From: an uncultured Desulfarculus sp.
GTDB lineage: Bacteria; Desulfobacterota; Desulfarculia; Desulfarculales; Desulfarculaceae
Reading direction: 5' to 3'
DNA: 64,000 nt
Assembly: GCA_963665125.2 (NCBI GenBank)
Contig: CAXXUK010000002.1
Coordinates: forward strand, 512,001 to 576,000
Positions 48,055 through 57,647 of this stretch are shown in pieces. The notes under the pieces were generated by a model that saw only the letters and a program-made list of their open reading frames with translations, searched no databases and was not told where the DNA came from. Every line of letters starts with the position of its first letter. The stretch's first letter is position 1. A program made the translations under genes and the position numbers.

Positions 48055-49818
48055 TTAAAGCTCGTCGATCATGTCCTGGGTGCTGTCGCGTTCGGGCACG
48101 TGCTCCACCACGTCCAAGAGCACCTTGCGGGCCGTGGCCTTGTCGCCGAGGGCCACGTATAGCTGGGCCAGGTGTTCCAACAACTCCCAATCTTGCTGCT
48201 CAATGCCGAAGGCCCTGGCTCTGGCCAGGCTTTGGGCGGCGTTTTCCTTGTCTTCGGCCCGCAGATGCAGCTTGGCGATGTTGAAATGCAGCCGGGCCGA
48301 GCGGGGCTCTATCCACAAGCCCCGCCGGTATTGCTCCAGGGCCTCGTCGTGCCTGCCCAGGGCGGCCAGCTCCACACCCCGGCGGCTGTAGTGCTCCACC
48401 GTGGCGATGCGCTGGTCCTTTGCCGCTTCCCCGGCCCGCAGGGCCAGGTCACCTTGATTCGCCTGCTTAAAAGCGTCGGCCAACTCGGCGGCGTTTTCTT
48501 GGTCATCCGGGGCCAGGGCCAGGCTGACGGCCATGAGTTTGGCCGCTGAGGCCAGGTCGCCGCCGTCCAGATTGGCCGCGGCCGCCTTGGCCAAGATCTG
48601 GTTCAGGGCCATGGGCGGCTCTCCCGCGGCCCAGGCCGCCGGATCGCAAATTTCTTCCACCAGGCGGGCGGCCCGCCGCTGATTGCCCAGTTTGATGTGG
48701 GTGTCCATCAACAGCAGCAGGGCCTCAAGCTTGGTCTGGTCGTCGGTGCTGCGGCCGGCGGCCCGACGCAGCAGGGCCGTGGCGTCGGCCGGGCGCTTCT
48801 GGGCCAGACGACACTTGCCCAGGGCCAGACTCATGCGCCCCTGGTCTTCGGCCGGGGCCATGCCCACGGCCGCGCTGATGTTGGCCTCGGCCTCGTCCAA
48901 CCGGCCCAAGGCAAGCTGGCCCATGCCCAGCCGCGCCAACAGCCCCGACTCGGGAGCTTGGCCCGCCCGCGCCGCATGGGCCAACACATCCAAGGCCTCC
49001 CGGTTGAGGCCCTGGCGTTCCAGGGAATCGGCCAGGGCCTCGGCGGCGGCGGCGTATTGGGGCCTTGCCTCCATGGCCCAGCGGTACAGCTGGCGGGCCG
49101 TATCGGTCTCGTTGTTTTTTTCGGCCAGTTTGCCCAGGGCCACCAGGCCGGCCACGGCGCCGGGGTCTCGTTTGAGCAGGCGTTGATAGCACTGTTTGGC
49201 CTGGTCCACGCGGCCGTGCCGGGCCAAAAGCTCGCCAAGGGCGAAATAGGGCCAGTGGGAGCTTGGCCGGTTGCGCAGGGCCATGAGATATTCGTCCGCG
49301 GCCCGGTCCACCAGGCCCAGGGCCTCCAAACGGCGGGCCCTGGCCCTGGCCAGGCGGCGGCTCAGGACCAACTCCAGGCGGCGGGTGAGCTTGTCCGGGC
49401 TTATTGGTTTGGTCAGGTAGTCGTCATGGCCCAGGGCGGCGGCCTGGAGAACGTTGGTGTCGGTGTTTTCGGCGGTGACCATGATCACTACCATGTCCCG
49501 CGCTTCATCGTCGGCCCGGATATGCTCCAGTACGACCAAGCCATCGGTCACCGGCATGTTCCAGTCCAGGAGGGCCAGGCCGGGCCGGTACTTTTTGATC
49601 AGGTTCAGCGCCGCCGCGCCATCGGCGGCCTGGAGGACTTCGCCGAAACCCGTATCGCCCAGGGCTTGGCTTAGGAGCATGCGCATCATGGGCATGTCGT
49701 CGGCCACCAGGGCCTTGCAGCGGCGGAAGGCGACCTGGCGCAGGAGCCGGGCCTCGCGCCGGAGCCTTTCAGGGTCGGCGGCGGCCCCGCCGGTATGGTC
49801 CATGCCGGGGCCGATCAT
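48055..49818 (-). CDS. Response regulator receiver plus TPR-repeat protein
   Basis: VADD..LLDWNMP..MVTA..YLTKP REC followed by multiple TPR-like helical repeats. Confidence 0.85.
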   Translation of the reverse strand: MIGPGMDHTGGAAADPERLRREARLLRQVAFRRCKALVADDMPMMRMLLSQALGDTGFGEVLQAADGAAALNLIKKYRPGLALLDWNMPVTDGLVVLEHIRADDEARDMVVIMVTAENTDTNVLQAAALGHDDYLTKPISPDKLTRRLELVLSRRLARARARRLEALGLVDRAADEYLMALRNRPSSHWPYFALGELLARHGRVDQAKQCYQRLLKRDPGAVAGLVALGKLAEKNNETDTARQLYRWAMEARPQYAAAAEALADSLERQGLNREALDVLAHAARAGQAPESGLLARLGMGQLALGRLDEAEANISAAVGMAPAEDQGRMSLALGKCRLAQKRPADATALLRRAAGRSTDDQTKLEALLLLMDTHIKLGNQRRAARLVEEICDPAAWAAGEPPMALNQILAKAAAANLDGGDLASAAKLMAVSLALAPDDQENAAELADAFKQANQGDLALRAGEAAKDQRIATVEHYSRRGVELAALGRHDEALEQYRRGLWIEPRSARLHFNIAKLHLRAEDKENAAQSLARARAFGIEQQDWELLEHLAQLYVALGDKATARKVLLDVVEHVPERDSTQDMIDEL

Positions 49819-49821
49819 GGC

Positions 49822-51075
49822 TTAGGCCGCTCCCTCCAAGGGCAGGCTGATGGTAAAGCAGGCCCCTCCGCCGGGCTGGTTGCGGTAGACTACCTCACCT
49901 CCCAAAAGCCAGGCGGCCCGGCGGCAGAAATACAGCCCCAATCCGCTGGAGCCCTTGAGGCTGCCGTGGGCGTAGCGCTCAAAGGCGTTTTCCCCCAGTT
50001 CGGGGTCCACGCCCGGACCATCGTCCATCACCTCGATAACAGCGAACCGGTCGTCGGCGCCCAGCCGGACCGACACCGTGCCGCCGCCGCCGGCGTCGGG
50101 CGAGGAGAACTTCATGGCGTTGATCAGGATATTGGCCAGAATGCGTTCCACCAGGTCTTCGTCGGCCATGATCTCCGGCTCGGTGTCCGCCTCCATGTTG
50201 AGTTTCACGGAGTGGGCTTCGGCCACTATGGAAAGCCTGGCTATGGTTTCCTCGGCCAGGCCGCACAGGGCCAGGGGCTGGGGCCTCACGGGCATCTGGC
50301 CTGATTCCATGCGGTTCAGGTCCATGAGGTTGGTTATTCGCCGCCACAAAAGTTCGGCATCCAACTCGGCCAGGGAAAGATAGCGGCCCTTTTGGGAGGG
50401 CGACATGTTCTGGTCCCGGCTCAAAAGGCCAAGGGCCTCCTTGATGGCCGTCAGGGGGGCCTTCATGTCATGAAAGATCATGTGCATGAGTTCCTGCTTG
50501 GCGCGCTGGGTCTCGCCCAAGTCCTGGTAGGCCTGGCCCAGGCGGGAGTGCAGGGCCGAAAAATTGATCAGGGCCGCGACCTGGTCGGCCATGGCCGAGG
50601 CGATTTCCAGGTCATCCTGGTCAAAGTGGGGTTGGCCCACCTTGTCCGAAAGGTTCAAGACGCCCACCACGACGCCCTCGTCCTTCAGGGGCAGGCTGAT
50701 GACGCTGCCGGTGCGGTAGCTGGAGCCGTCGGCGGCCCGGGCCACCTGGGCAAAGGGGCTGTCGGCGATGTCCTTCAAATACACGGGCACGCCGCTGCGG
50801 ACCACTTCGGTGGAGATGGCCATCTGCTCCAGGGGGATGTTCATGCCCACCACGCCGTTGTTGGTGGCGGCCCGGACCTCCAGGCGGCCCTGTTCCACCA
50901 GCATCAGGGAGCATTTTTCAGCCTTGGACAGTTTGGCCAGCCCCTTGACGCAGTTGCGCAGGCGTTCGGCCAAGTCGATTTCGGGCCTGGCCAGGGTGTG
51001 GCAGAGCTGAAAAAGAGTGCGCAGTCTCTTGTTTTCAGCCTCGAGCATGTGAGCGTCATCTTTTCCGGGCGCCAT
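49822..51075 (-). CDS. GAF-domain sensor histidine kinase
   Basis: GAF domain, H-box HDMKAPL, N-box NAMKF, DDGPG and GLGL. Confidence 0.9.
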   Translation of the reverse strand: MAPGKDDAHMLEAENKRLRTLFQLCHTLARPEIDLAERLRNCVKGLAKLSKAEKCSLMLVEQGRLEVRAATNNGVVGMNIPLEQMAISTEVVRSGVPVYLKDIADSPFAQVARAADGSSYRTGSVISLPLKDEGVVVGVLNLSDKVGQPHFDQDDLEIASAMADQVAALINFSALHSRLGQAYQDLGETQRAKQELMHMIFHDMKAPLTAIKEALGLLSRDQNMSPSQKGRYLSLAELDAELLWRRITNLMDLNRMESGQMPVRPQPLALCGLAEETIARLSIVAEAHSVKLNMEADTEPEIMADEDLVERILANILINAMKFSSPDAGGGGTVSVRLGADDRFAVIEVMDDGPGVDPELGENAFERYAHGSLKGSSGLGLYFCRRAAWLLGGEVVYRNQPGGGACFTISLPLEGAA

Positions 51076-51088
51076 CTGTTGATCTCCG

Positions 51089-51664
51089 CTAGTAGTTTAC
51101 CGGACCCAGGATGCATTCCTCCAATAAGGCCACGTCGAGTTTGCGCCGCTGGTCGCAGGCGTAAAAGAGCATTTCCGAAACCCTGGTGGAGGCGCTGTCG
51201 CCATACCACAGGCATACTTTGAGCCCCAGGTCCTTGGCCAGAATCACGGCGGGCTTCAGATCTCCGTCACCGGTTATCAGCAATATCTGGGAAACCGCGC
51301 CGGTATAGGCCAGTCTGCAGATGTCGGTGGCGATTTGCACGTCCACGCCTTTTTGCTCCAGCAGACGGTTGCCGGCGTTGTCCCACCCCCTGGCCGCAAG
51401 ATGGCCCAGGCGGACCTCGAAGTCGTCCAGTCGTTGCAGGGCGTTGAAAAACCGTTCCTTGTTGGTGTAGTGAGTCTCTTCTTCAACCGTCGGACGCTGC
51501 GGAAGGTGGGGCAGACAATGATAATAATATGCCCGTAAAATTTCCTTGTCCTTGGCAATCCTTCTGGACAGCTTGCTGAAATTAACTTTTACCCCGCCCG
51601 CCTCGTAAAGAACCTTGTCCATGTATCCGCCGTCAATCAAGATGGCGATGGGCTTATCAAGCAA
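51089..51664 (-). CDS. NYN (LabA/DUF88, PIN-like) domain protein
   Basis: IDGGY, QKGVD and GDGD motifs; TTG 51664 after GGAGG taken as start. Confidence 0.85.
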   Translation of the reverse strand: MLDKPIAILIDGGYMDKVLYEAGGVKVNFSKLSRRIAKDKEILRAYYYHCLPHLPQRPTVEEETHYTNKERFFNALQRLDDFEVRLGHLAARGWDNAGNRLLEQKGVDVQIATDICRLAYTGAVSQILLITGDGDLKPAVILAKDLGLKVCLWYGDSASTRVSEMLFYACDQRRKLDVALLEECILGPVNY

Positions 51665-51764
51665 TATTTCCTCCAAACAATCAGGACACTGGTAAAGATA
51701 TTTCCGTATCAATTAACTCTTGAATATAGCCCCCAATATACCGAAAACCGGGCCAAATGGGTAT

Positions 51765-52556
51765 CTAATTGGCAGCGGCCAGGACTCGCGGCGTCCCGGA
51801 CCCCAGGTCCAGGCGCATGAGGTCCGCCGCGGCCCACACCGGCCCCCGGAAAACCGCCGATGCGGCCTCTGCGGCGGCGTCCGGATCGACAACGCTGTAG
51901 AGGTGGCTCAGCAGCAGGGCCTTGACCCCGGCCCGGGCCGCCAGAGAGCCGCTGGCCGTGGGGCCCAGGTGGCCCGGCTTGGGGGCTTGGTCCGTGGCCG
52001 CGCAGTTGGCGATGAGCAGGTCGGCGTCCCGGGACAATTCGACCAATTCCGGCGTGGCTTGGCTGTCGCCCAGGTAAACCAGGCTGCGGCCCCCGTATTC
52101 CAGGCGAAAGGCCAGGCTGCCAGGCAAATGGGCGGCTTTAGCGGCGCGAATCGTGACGCCGCCGACACTGTAGATACCGCCGTGTCGGGCGGCGGTCTCA
52201 TGAAGCACTTCCGGACTTGGCGTCAGCCAGTGGCCGAAGACGTCCTCGATCTTTTGCAGGACATTCAATACATCGGGGTGGGCGATCAATTGGAGGCCTG
52301 TTTTGGCGGCCATATTCGGGGCGTAGTTCAGGGCGAAAAGAAAGGGAACCATATCGGCCAGGTGGTCCGGGTGCTGGTGGCTGAGCAGGATGGCGTCCAC
52401 ATCGGCGGGATCGTGGCCCGCCTGGAGCATGCCGCGCAGGGCGCCCTGGCCCAGGTCAATCAGTATGCCGTGGGGGCCGGCCTGAAGATGGTAGGCCGGT
52501 GACGAGCGGCCGCGGCGCAGCTCGCAGGAGCCCGAGCCCAGCACCGTCAATATCAC
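51765..52556 (-). CDS. MBL-fold metallohydrolase, RNase Z/BN-like
   Basis: VLGSG, DLGQG, SHQHPDH, YLGD, LLSHLY. Confidence 0.8.
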   Translation of the reverse strand: MILTVLGSGSCELRRGRSSPAYHLQAGPHGILIDLGQGALRGMLQAGHDPADVDAILLSHQHPDHLADMVPFLFALNYAPNMAAKTGLQLIAHPDVLNVLQKIEDVFGHWLTPSPEVLHETAARHGGIYSVGGVTIRAAKAAHLPGSLAFRLEYGGRSLVYLGDSQATPELVELSRDADLLIANCAATDQAPKPGHLGPTASGSLAARAGVKALLLSHLYSVVDPDAAAEAASAVFRGPVWAAADLMRLDLGSGTPRVLAAAN

Positions 52557-53446
52557 CTGCCGCCCTCCGCCGTGGCGCGGATCTTGTCGCGGCGCTGCTT
52601 GATGGCCGTCAGCAGGGAGGCCGGAACCCGCAGGGTGCCCAGGCCGAAGCCAAGGATTATGTCCGGTTTGGGCGCTCCGTGGAAGTCCGAACCGCCGCTG
52701 ACCACCAGACCCAGGCGGCCGGCCATGTCGGCGACGCGCTTGGTGGTGATCTCGTCATGCTCGGAATACAGGGCCTCCACGCCTTCCAGGCCGCATCCCT
52801 TGAGTTCGGCCAGGAGCCGTTCCAGGGCTGCCGGGTGGGCCTTCAAGAGGCCGGGGTGGGCCAATACCGGTACGCCTCCGGCCCCCCGGATCAGGGCTAT
52901 GGCCTCGGGGGCGTCCAGACGCGCCTTGGCCACATAAGCCGGTTTGCCGTTGCCCAGGAAGCGGTTGAAGGCCTCCTGCCTGTTGGACACCGCGCCGATG
53001 TCGATGAGGGCCTGGGCGAAATGGGGTCTGCCTATCTGGCCGCCGCCGGAATAGGAGGCGATTTGCTCCATGGTCACGGCAAAGCCCAGTTCGTTGAGCT
53101 TGCCCACGATGCGCGGGTTGCGTTGGGCCCTGGCCTGCTGGAGCCTGGTCATGGTCTGTTCGAAATGCGGCTGGTGGTGATCCAGATACAGGCCTACCAG
53201 GTGCATCGAGCCCGTGGGGCCGCCGTTGATGCTGATCTCGACGCCGGGCACCACCTCGACGTCCAGCGCGGCCCCGGCGTCCAGGGCTTCGTCCAGGCCC
53301 TCGGTTGTGTCGTGATCGGTGACGGCCACTGCGGCCAGACCGGTTTTGGCGGCTGCCTTGACCAGCTCGCCCGGTGTAATACTGCCGTCGCTGGCCGTGG
53401 TGTGAGTGTGCAGATCGATAAATCGGCCTTGGTTTTGCGGGGGCAT
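52553..53446 (-). CDS. PHP-domain phosphoesterase (YciV/TrpH-like)
   Basis: DLHTHTTASDG, TDHD, GVEIS, GRPH, AHP, GGSDFHG. Confidence 0.9.
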   Translation of the reverse strand: MPPQNQGRFIDLHTHTTASDGSITPGELVKAAAKTGLAAVAVTDHDTTEGLDEALDAGAALDVEVVPGVEISINGGPTGSMHLVGLYLDHHQPHFEQTMTRLQQARAQRNPRIVGKLNELGFAVTMEQIASYSGGGQIGRPHFAQALIDIGAVSNRQEAFNRFLGNGKPAYVAKARLDAPEAIALIRGAGGVPVLAHPGLLKAHPAALERLLAELKGCGLEGVEALYSEHDEITTKRVADMAGRLGLVVSGGSDFHGAPKPDIILGFGLGTLRVPASLLTAIKQRRDKIRATAEGGR

Positions 53447-53565
53447 GGCTCACCTTGCTGGAACTTGTTTCTTTGGCAGGCTTCCAATAAGGCCGGCAAG
53501 GCCTTTTCCAACAGCCTCATTGTTTGATGCCAGTGGATTAAAGGGCTGTCAAGCAGAGCGGGCCA

Positions 53566-53607
53566 TAAAAAAGCCCCATCCGCCAAAAGTTCGGCCAGAT
53601 GGGGCTT
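53566..53607 (-). terminator. Intrinsic terminator after the single-domain response regulator
   Basis: AAGCCCCATC/GATGGGGCTT stem with a U-tract on the minus strand. Confidence 0.6.
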
Positions 53608-53650
53608 ACCGGCTGCGGGCGCCGATAATTACAAAATTACAAGGAAACCA

Positions 53651-54034
53651 TCAATAGCGTTTCCAGCGCTCTATTCTTTCAAAGGCATCCTTTGCCGCCT
53701 TGAGCAGCGTGGCCAGGTCCACCGGTTTGGTGAAATAGTCGTCGAACCCCGCCTCCCGGCAGTCTGCAAGCTCGAAAAGCGAGACATAACCGGTGAAGGC
53801 GAACATCTGGGCCATTGGTGAAATTCCGCGGATGCGGCGGCAGAGATCAAGGCCGTTCATGCCCGGCATGTTCAAGTCCAGAAACATAACCGGTATGGTT
53901 TCCTTGGCCAATATTTCCAGGGCGTTTTCAGCGCTGTCGGTGGTGACGACCTGATATCCGGCATGGGTCAGCGCTTCCCCGATCAATTCCAATATGGGGA
54001 CTTCGTCGTCAACGACGAGAATTTTTTTGCTCAT
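53651..54034 (-). CDS. Single-domain response regulator
   Basis: MSKKILVVDDE..FLDLNMPG..FTG..FTKP. Confidence 0.9.
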   Translation of the reverse strand: MSKKILVVDDEVPILELIGEALTHAGYQVVTTDSAENALEILAKETIPVMFLDLNMPGMNGLDLCRRIRGISPMAQMFAFTGYVSLFELADCREAGFDDYFTKPVDLATLLKAAKDAFERIERWKRY

Positions 54035-54155
54035 TTCGCGCCCTCTTTTTGCCGGGGCCTTCAGTCGGTATTGCCGGTGGAGGATATGCTTAACGCAATT
54101 AATAATATTCTGGAGCAAACAGCGACGATGTTTCAATACTTTTGATTATGCATAC

Positions 54156-54185
54156 TTGCGGTAATATTTTGTATTACCGTATACT
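54156..54185 (+). promoter_or_regulatory. Candidate sigma-70 promoter with overlapping palindromic operator
   Basis: TTGCGG-N18-TATACT; perfect inverted repeat CGGTAATA-N5-TATTACCG at 54159-54179. Confidence 0.6.
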
Positions 54186-54210
54186 TTTATTAAATGATCT
54201 GGAGGATGTT

Positions 54211-54498
54211 GTGGCCGCCGACAAGCAAACAGTGATCAGCTTCAAGGCCGACGAGACATTGGCGGCGGCCCTGGAGGGGTTGCCCAACCGGTCGGAGTTT
54301 ATCCGCGAGGCTCTGATGGCGGCTCTGGGCGGGGCCTGTCCCCTGTGCCGGGGCACGGGCGTGCTTTCGCCCAGGCAGTTGGCCCATTGGGAGAGCTTCA
54401 TCAGCACCCACGAGATTCGCAGGTGTCCACAGTGTCACGGAGTGCAGTTTGTTTGCGAGCATGAACTAGACCAGGGTGGTGATGGTGGATGTAATTGA
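54211..54498 (+). CDS. Ribbon-helix-helix (CopG-like) regulator with Cys-rich C-terminus
   Basis: VISFKAD..NRSEFIREAL RHH, then CPLC and CPQCH..C; GTG after GGAGGA. Confidence 0.75.
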   Translation: MAADKQTVISFKADETLAAALEGLPNRSEFIREALMAALGGACPLCRGTGVLSPRQLAHWESFISTHEIRRCPQCHGVQFVCEHELDQGGDGGCN

Positions 54499-55240
54499 GC
54501 TGACAAATGTGAGCTTCGAACGCAGCGGCCAAGGCATTTTGCGCGATGTGAACCTGCATATCGGCCCCGGCGATTTCGTGGCCGTGGTCGGGCCCAACGG
54601 AGGCGGCAAGACCACATTGCTCAAACTGATGCTCGGCCTGTTGGCGCCCACCACGGGCAGGGTCAGCATCTTTGGCCTGCCGCCGGTCCAGGCCCGCAGC
54701 ATGGTCGGTTACATGCCCCAATATTCCAGCCTCGACCCCGGTTTTCCGCTGACCGTGGGCGAAGCGGTGCTCATGGGCCGCCTGGCTCCGGGCAGGGGGC
54801 TGGGTTTCTGGGGCCGGGCCGACAAGGATGTTGCGGCAAAGGCCCTGGGGCATGTGGGGCTGGCCGATCTGATCCGCCGGCCCCTGGCCGAACTCAGCGG
54901 CGGCCAGCGCCAGCGGGTTCTGGTGGCCAGGGCCCTGGTGGGCGAACCAAAGCTGCTGCTGTTGGACGAACCCACCAGCAACGCCGATGTGCGCTCGGAA
55001 CACGATTTTTACGACCTGCTCCTTGAGCTCAACCAGGCCATGACCATAGTGGTGGTCACCCATGACCTGGGCTTTGTCTCGCCCTATATCCAGCATGTGG
55101 CCTGCGTGAACAAGGATGTGCTTTTTCATCCCACCAGCGAGGTCACCGGCGAGGTCATCAGCCGGGTTTACGGCGGGCCGGTGTCCATGGTTCGTCACGA
55201 TCATCACCACGAAAAGATGGGCGGGTGTTTTGATGAATGA
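54482..55240 (+). CDS. znuC: Zn/Mn ABC transporter ATP-binding protein
   Basis: GPNGGGKTT, YMPQ, LSGGQRQR, LLDEPT, VTHD and a His-rich C-terminus. Confidence 0.85.
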   Translation: MVDVIELTNVSFERSGQGILRDVNLHIGPGDFVAVVGPNGGGKTTLLKLMLGLLAPTTGRVSIFGLPPVQARSMVGYMPQYSSLDPGFPLTVGEAVLMGRLAPGRGLGFWGRADKDVAAKALGHVGLADLIRRPLAELSGGQRQRVLVARALVGEPKLLLLDEPTSNADVRSEHDFYDLLLELNQAMTIVVVTHDLGFVSPYIQHVACVNKDVLFHPTSEVTGEVISRVYGGPVSMVRHDHHHEKMGGCFDE

Positions 55241-56111
55241 GTTTTGGGCCTGGCTGGGCGCGACGGCCCCCCAAGGCGGCTTTCTGGCGGCCCTGGCCCA
55301 TAACGGCTTTTTGCAAAACGCCCTCTGGGCCGGACTGCTGGCCAGCTTTTCCTGCGGGATTATGGGCGCCTACGTGGTGGCCCGGCGCATCAGCTACATC
55401 GCCGGAGCCATTGCCCACTGCGTGCTTGGCGGCATGGGCGCGGCCGGTTACGCCCGGGCCGTGCTGGGCTGGCAGTGGGCCCACCCCTTGCTGGGCGCCG
55501 CCGCGGCCGCCCTTTTGGCGGCGGTTGTCATCGGCCAGGTCAGCCTCAAGGCCAGCCAGCGCGAAGACACCATTATCGGCGCGGTGTGGGCCGTGGGCAT
55601 GGCCGTGGGCATTTTGTTCATCGCCCGGACTCCGGGCTATGACACCGACCTGATGGGCTATCTGTTCGGCAATATCCTGATGGTAACCCCCGGCGACCTG
55701 TGGCTCATGGCCGGGTTGGACCTGATAATCGCTGTTACGGTGCTATTGTTTTACAACCGACTTCTGGCCGTGTGTTTTGACGAGGAGTTCGCCCGCCTGC
55801 GCGGCCTGCGCACGGACTTCTACTACATGTTGCTGCTGTGCCTGACGGCTATGACCGTGGTGCTGTTGTCCACGGTGGTGGGCATCATCATGGTCATCGC
55901 CCTGCTGACCCTTCCGGCGGGCAGCGCTTCGGTCTTCTGCCGCCGCCTAAGCGGGGTCATGGTCTGGGCCGTGCTGCTATCGATGGCGCTGACCAGTGGA
56001 GGTCTGTATCTCAGCTACGGGCCGGACCTGCCCACCGGCGCGGTGATCATAGTCCTGGCCGGGGTTGTATACCTTGTTTCGGCCTCCGTGGCCTGGCTCA
56101 GGCGCTCCTAA
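55233..56111 (+). CDS. znuB: Zn/Mn ABC transporter permease (ABC-3)
   Basis: AIAH, REDT, YLFGNIL, FDEEFA, VGII..ALL..P motifs. Confidence 0.85.
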   Translation: MNEFWAWLGATAPQGGFLAALAHNGFLQNALWAGLLASFSCGIMGAYVVARRISYIAGAIAHCVLGGMGAAGYARAVLGWQWAHPLLGAAAAALLAAVVIGQVSLKASQREDTIIGAVWAVGMAVGILFIARTPGYDTDLMGYLFGNILMVTPGDLWLMAGLDLIIAVTVLLFYNRLLAVCFDEEFARLRGLRTDFYYMLLLCLTAMTVVLLSTVVGIIMVIALLTLPAGSASVFCRRLSGVMVWAVLLSMALTSGGLYLSYGPDLPTGAVIIVLAGVVYLVSASVAWLRRS

Positions 56112-56233
56112 GGCGTTCATACAAATTTGTAGGAGCATATTACGTCTTCGTACAAAAATGTCAGTTGTTTAGGATCGAAATGGAAAGCCTATTCTAACGG
56201 GTTGTTTTTGTACCGTAATTCCAAGTGGGTATC

Positions 56234-56249
56234 TGGCATCCCTCTTGCT
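56234..56249 (+). promoter_or_regulatory. Sigma-54 (-24/-12) promoter for the MCP gene
   Basis: TGGCAT-CCCTC-TTGCT, ~45 nt upstream of the ATG. Confidence 0.75.
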
Positions 56250-56292
56250 ACAGATGTTTAGCAGGCAAACTTTTCAGCAAGGAGATGGCCCA

Positions 56293-57570
56293 ATGCCTAG
56301 CACCATCGGCAGGGCGCGGGATGTGCTCGAGCCCGTACACCGCGCGGCCAGCGGAACATGGGATCTGTCAGCCAGGGCGAATATACCGCGTTTCGGCGCA
56401 TTGAAACTGGCGGCCGGGTTGTTCAATGCCCTGCAGGAACGCCTACAGGGAATAATAACCTCAATCGCCGGGCGCTCGGTGGCCATGTCCCAGGCCGCGC
56501 CGGAATTGGCCCGTCTGGCCGTGGAACTCGACCAGGGCGCCCGCGTCCAGGCCGAAAAAGCCAGCCATATCGCCCAGGCCGTGGCTGAAATCTCCCAGCA
56601 GACTTCCGTTATCGCCCAGAGCACGGCCAGGGCCGTTGATTTCGCCGGGCAGGTGGCCCAGGCCACCGTGGAATTGCAGGAAACGACCAGGTCCATCGGC
56701 CAGGCCATGAATCTCATCCGCAAGGTGGCCAGCCAGACCCGGCTGTTGTCCATCAACGCGGCCGTGGAAGCCGCCAGAGCCGGGGAACACGGCGCCGGTT
56801 TCGCCGTTGTGGCCGGCGAAGTCCAGAGCCTGGCCGACCAGTCCATGGAAGCGGCCAACAAGGTGGAGGACTTCCTGTCGTCAATCGGTGTGGGCGTCGA
56901 ACAACTGGTGGCGGCCGTGGGCGGTGAAAACGACGCGGGCGGATTGCATGGGCTGCTAAGGGATATCTCATCCTCGGCCCTTCGGCAGGATGACGATGTG
57001 GAGGCCGTATCGGCCGATATCGAGGAAATCGCGGCATCGGCCAGCCAGCAGGCTGACGCGGTGGCCCATATCCGGGGCCTCGGCGAAAAGGCGAAAGACC
57101 ATGCCGACAACCTGTTGACCTCTGTTGGCGTATTCCGCCTGGACGCCCATCGCCGTGCCCTGGCCATAGTGGAGTCCCTGGCGGCCGATCCGGAAATCAG
57201 CAGCATGAGCCGCGGCCGCCAGGAAAGCGCGATGCGCCGGGCCGTGGGCCGGGGCGAGATGTTCGAGCTGCTTTACATCACCAACGCGGCCGGGCGGCAG
57301 ACCACCGGCAACATCGCGCCAATGAACGTTGACGCCTCGGCATACGGCCGCAACTGGTCCCAGCGGCCCTGGTACCGCGGCGTGGCCGAGACGGGCCGCA
57401 GTTATGTCTCGGATATCTACCGCTCCTCGGCCACCGGTGATTTTTGCTTCACCGTCTCCACGCCCCTGGTTGGGGCGGACGGAACAATGGCCGGAGTGCT
57501 GGCCGCTGACGTGCAGTTCGCCAAGATGCTTGATGCGCCTTCTGCGCCCAAAGCCCTTCCAGGCGTCTGA
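56293..57570 (+). CDS. Soluble methyl-accepting chemotaxis protein with C-terminal Cache/PDC-like domain
   Basis: QTRLLSINAAVEAARAGEHGAGFAVVAGEV hairpin; no TM helices; C-terminal LLY..WSQRPWY..SDIYRS..TVS.P..GVLAAD. Confidence 0.85.
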   Translation: MPSTIGRARDVLEPVHRAASGTWDLSARANIPRFGALKLAAGLFNALQERLQGIITSIAGRSVAMSQAAPELARLAVELDQGARVQAEKASHIAQAVAEISQQTSVIAQSTARAVDFAGQVAQATVELQETTRSIGQAMNLIRKVASQTRLLSINAAVEAARAGEHGAGFAVVAGEVQSLADQSMEAANKVEDFLSSIGVGVEQLVAAVGGENDAGGLHGLLRDISSSALRQDDDVEAVSADIEEIAASASQQADAVAHIRGLGEKAKDHADNLLTSVGVFRLDAHRRALAIVESLAADPEISSMSRGRQESAMRRAVGRGEMFELLYITNAAGRQTTGNIAPMNVDASAYGRNWSQRPWYRGVAETGRSYVSDIYRSSATGDFCFTVSTPLVGADGTMAGVLAADVQFAKMLDAPSAPKALPGV

Positions 57571-57647
57571 AACTGTGCTAAACTGGATATCATTGGTAGG
57601 CATTCAGGCCTTTTTCAGGCCGTGCAGGTAACTCAAGGAGGGCGAAC

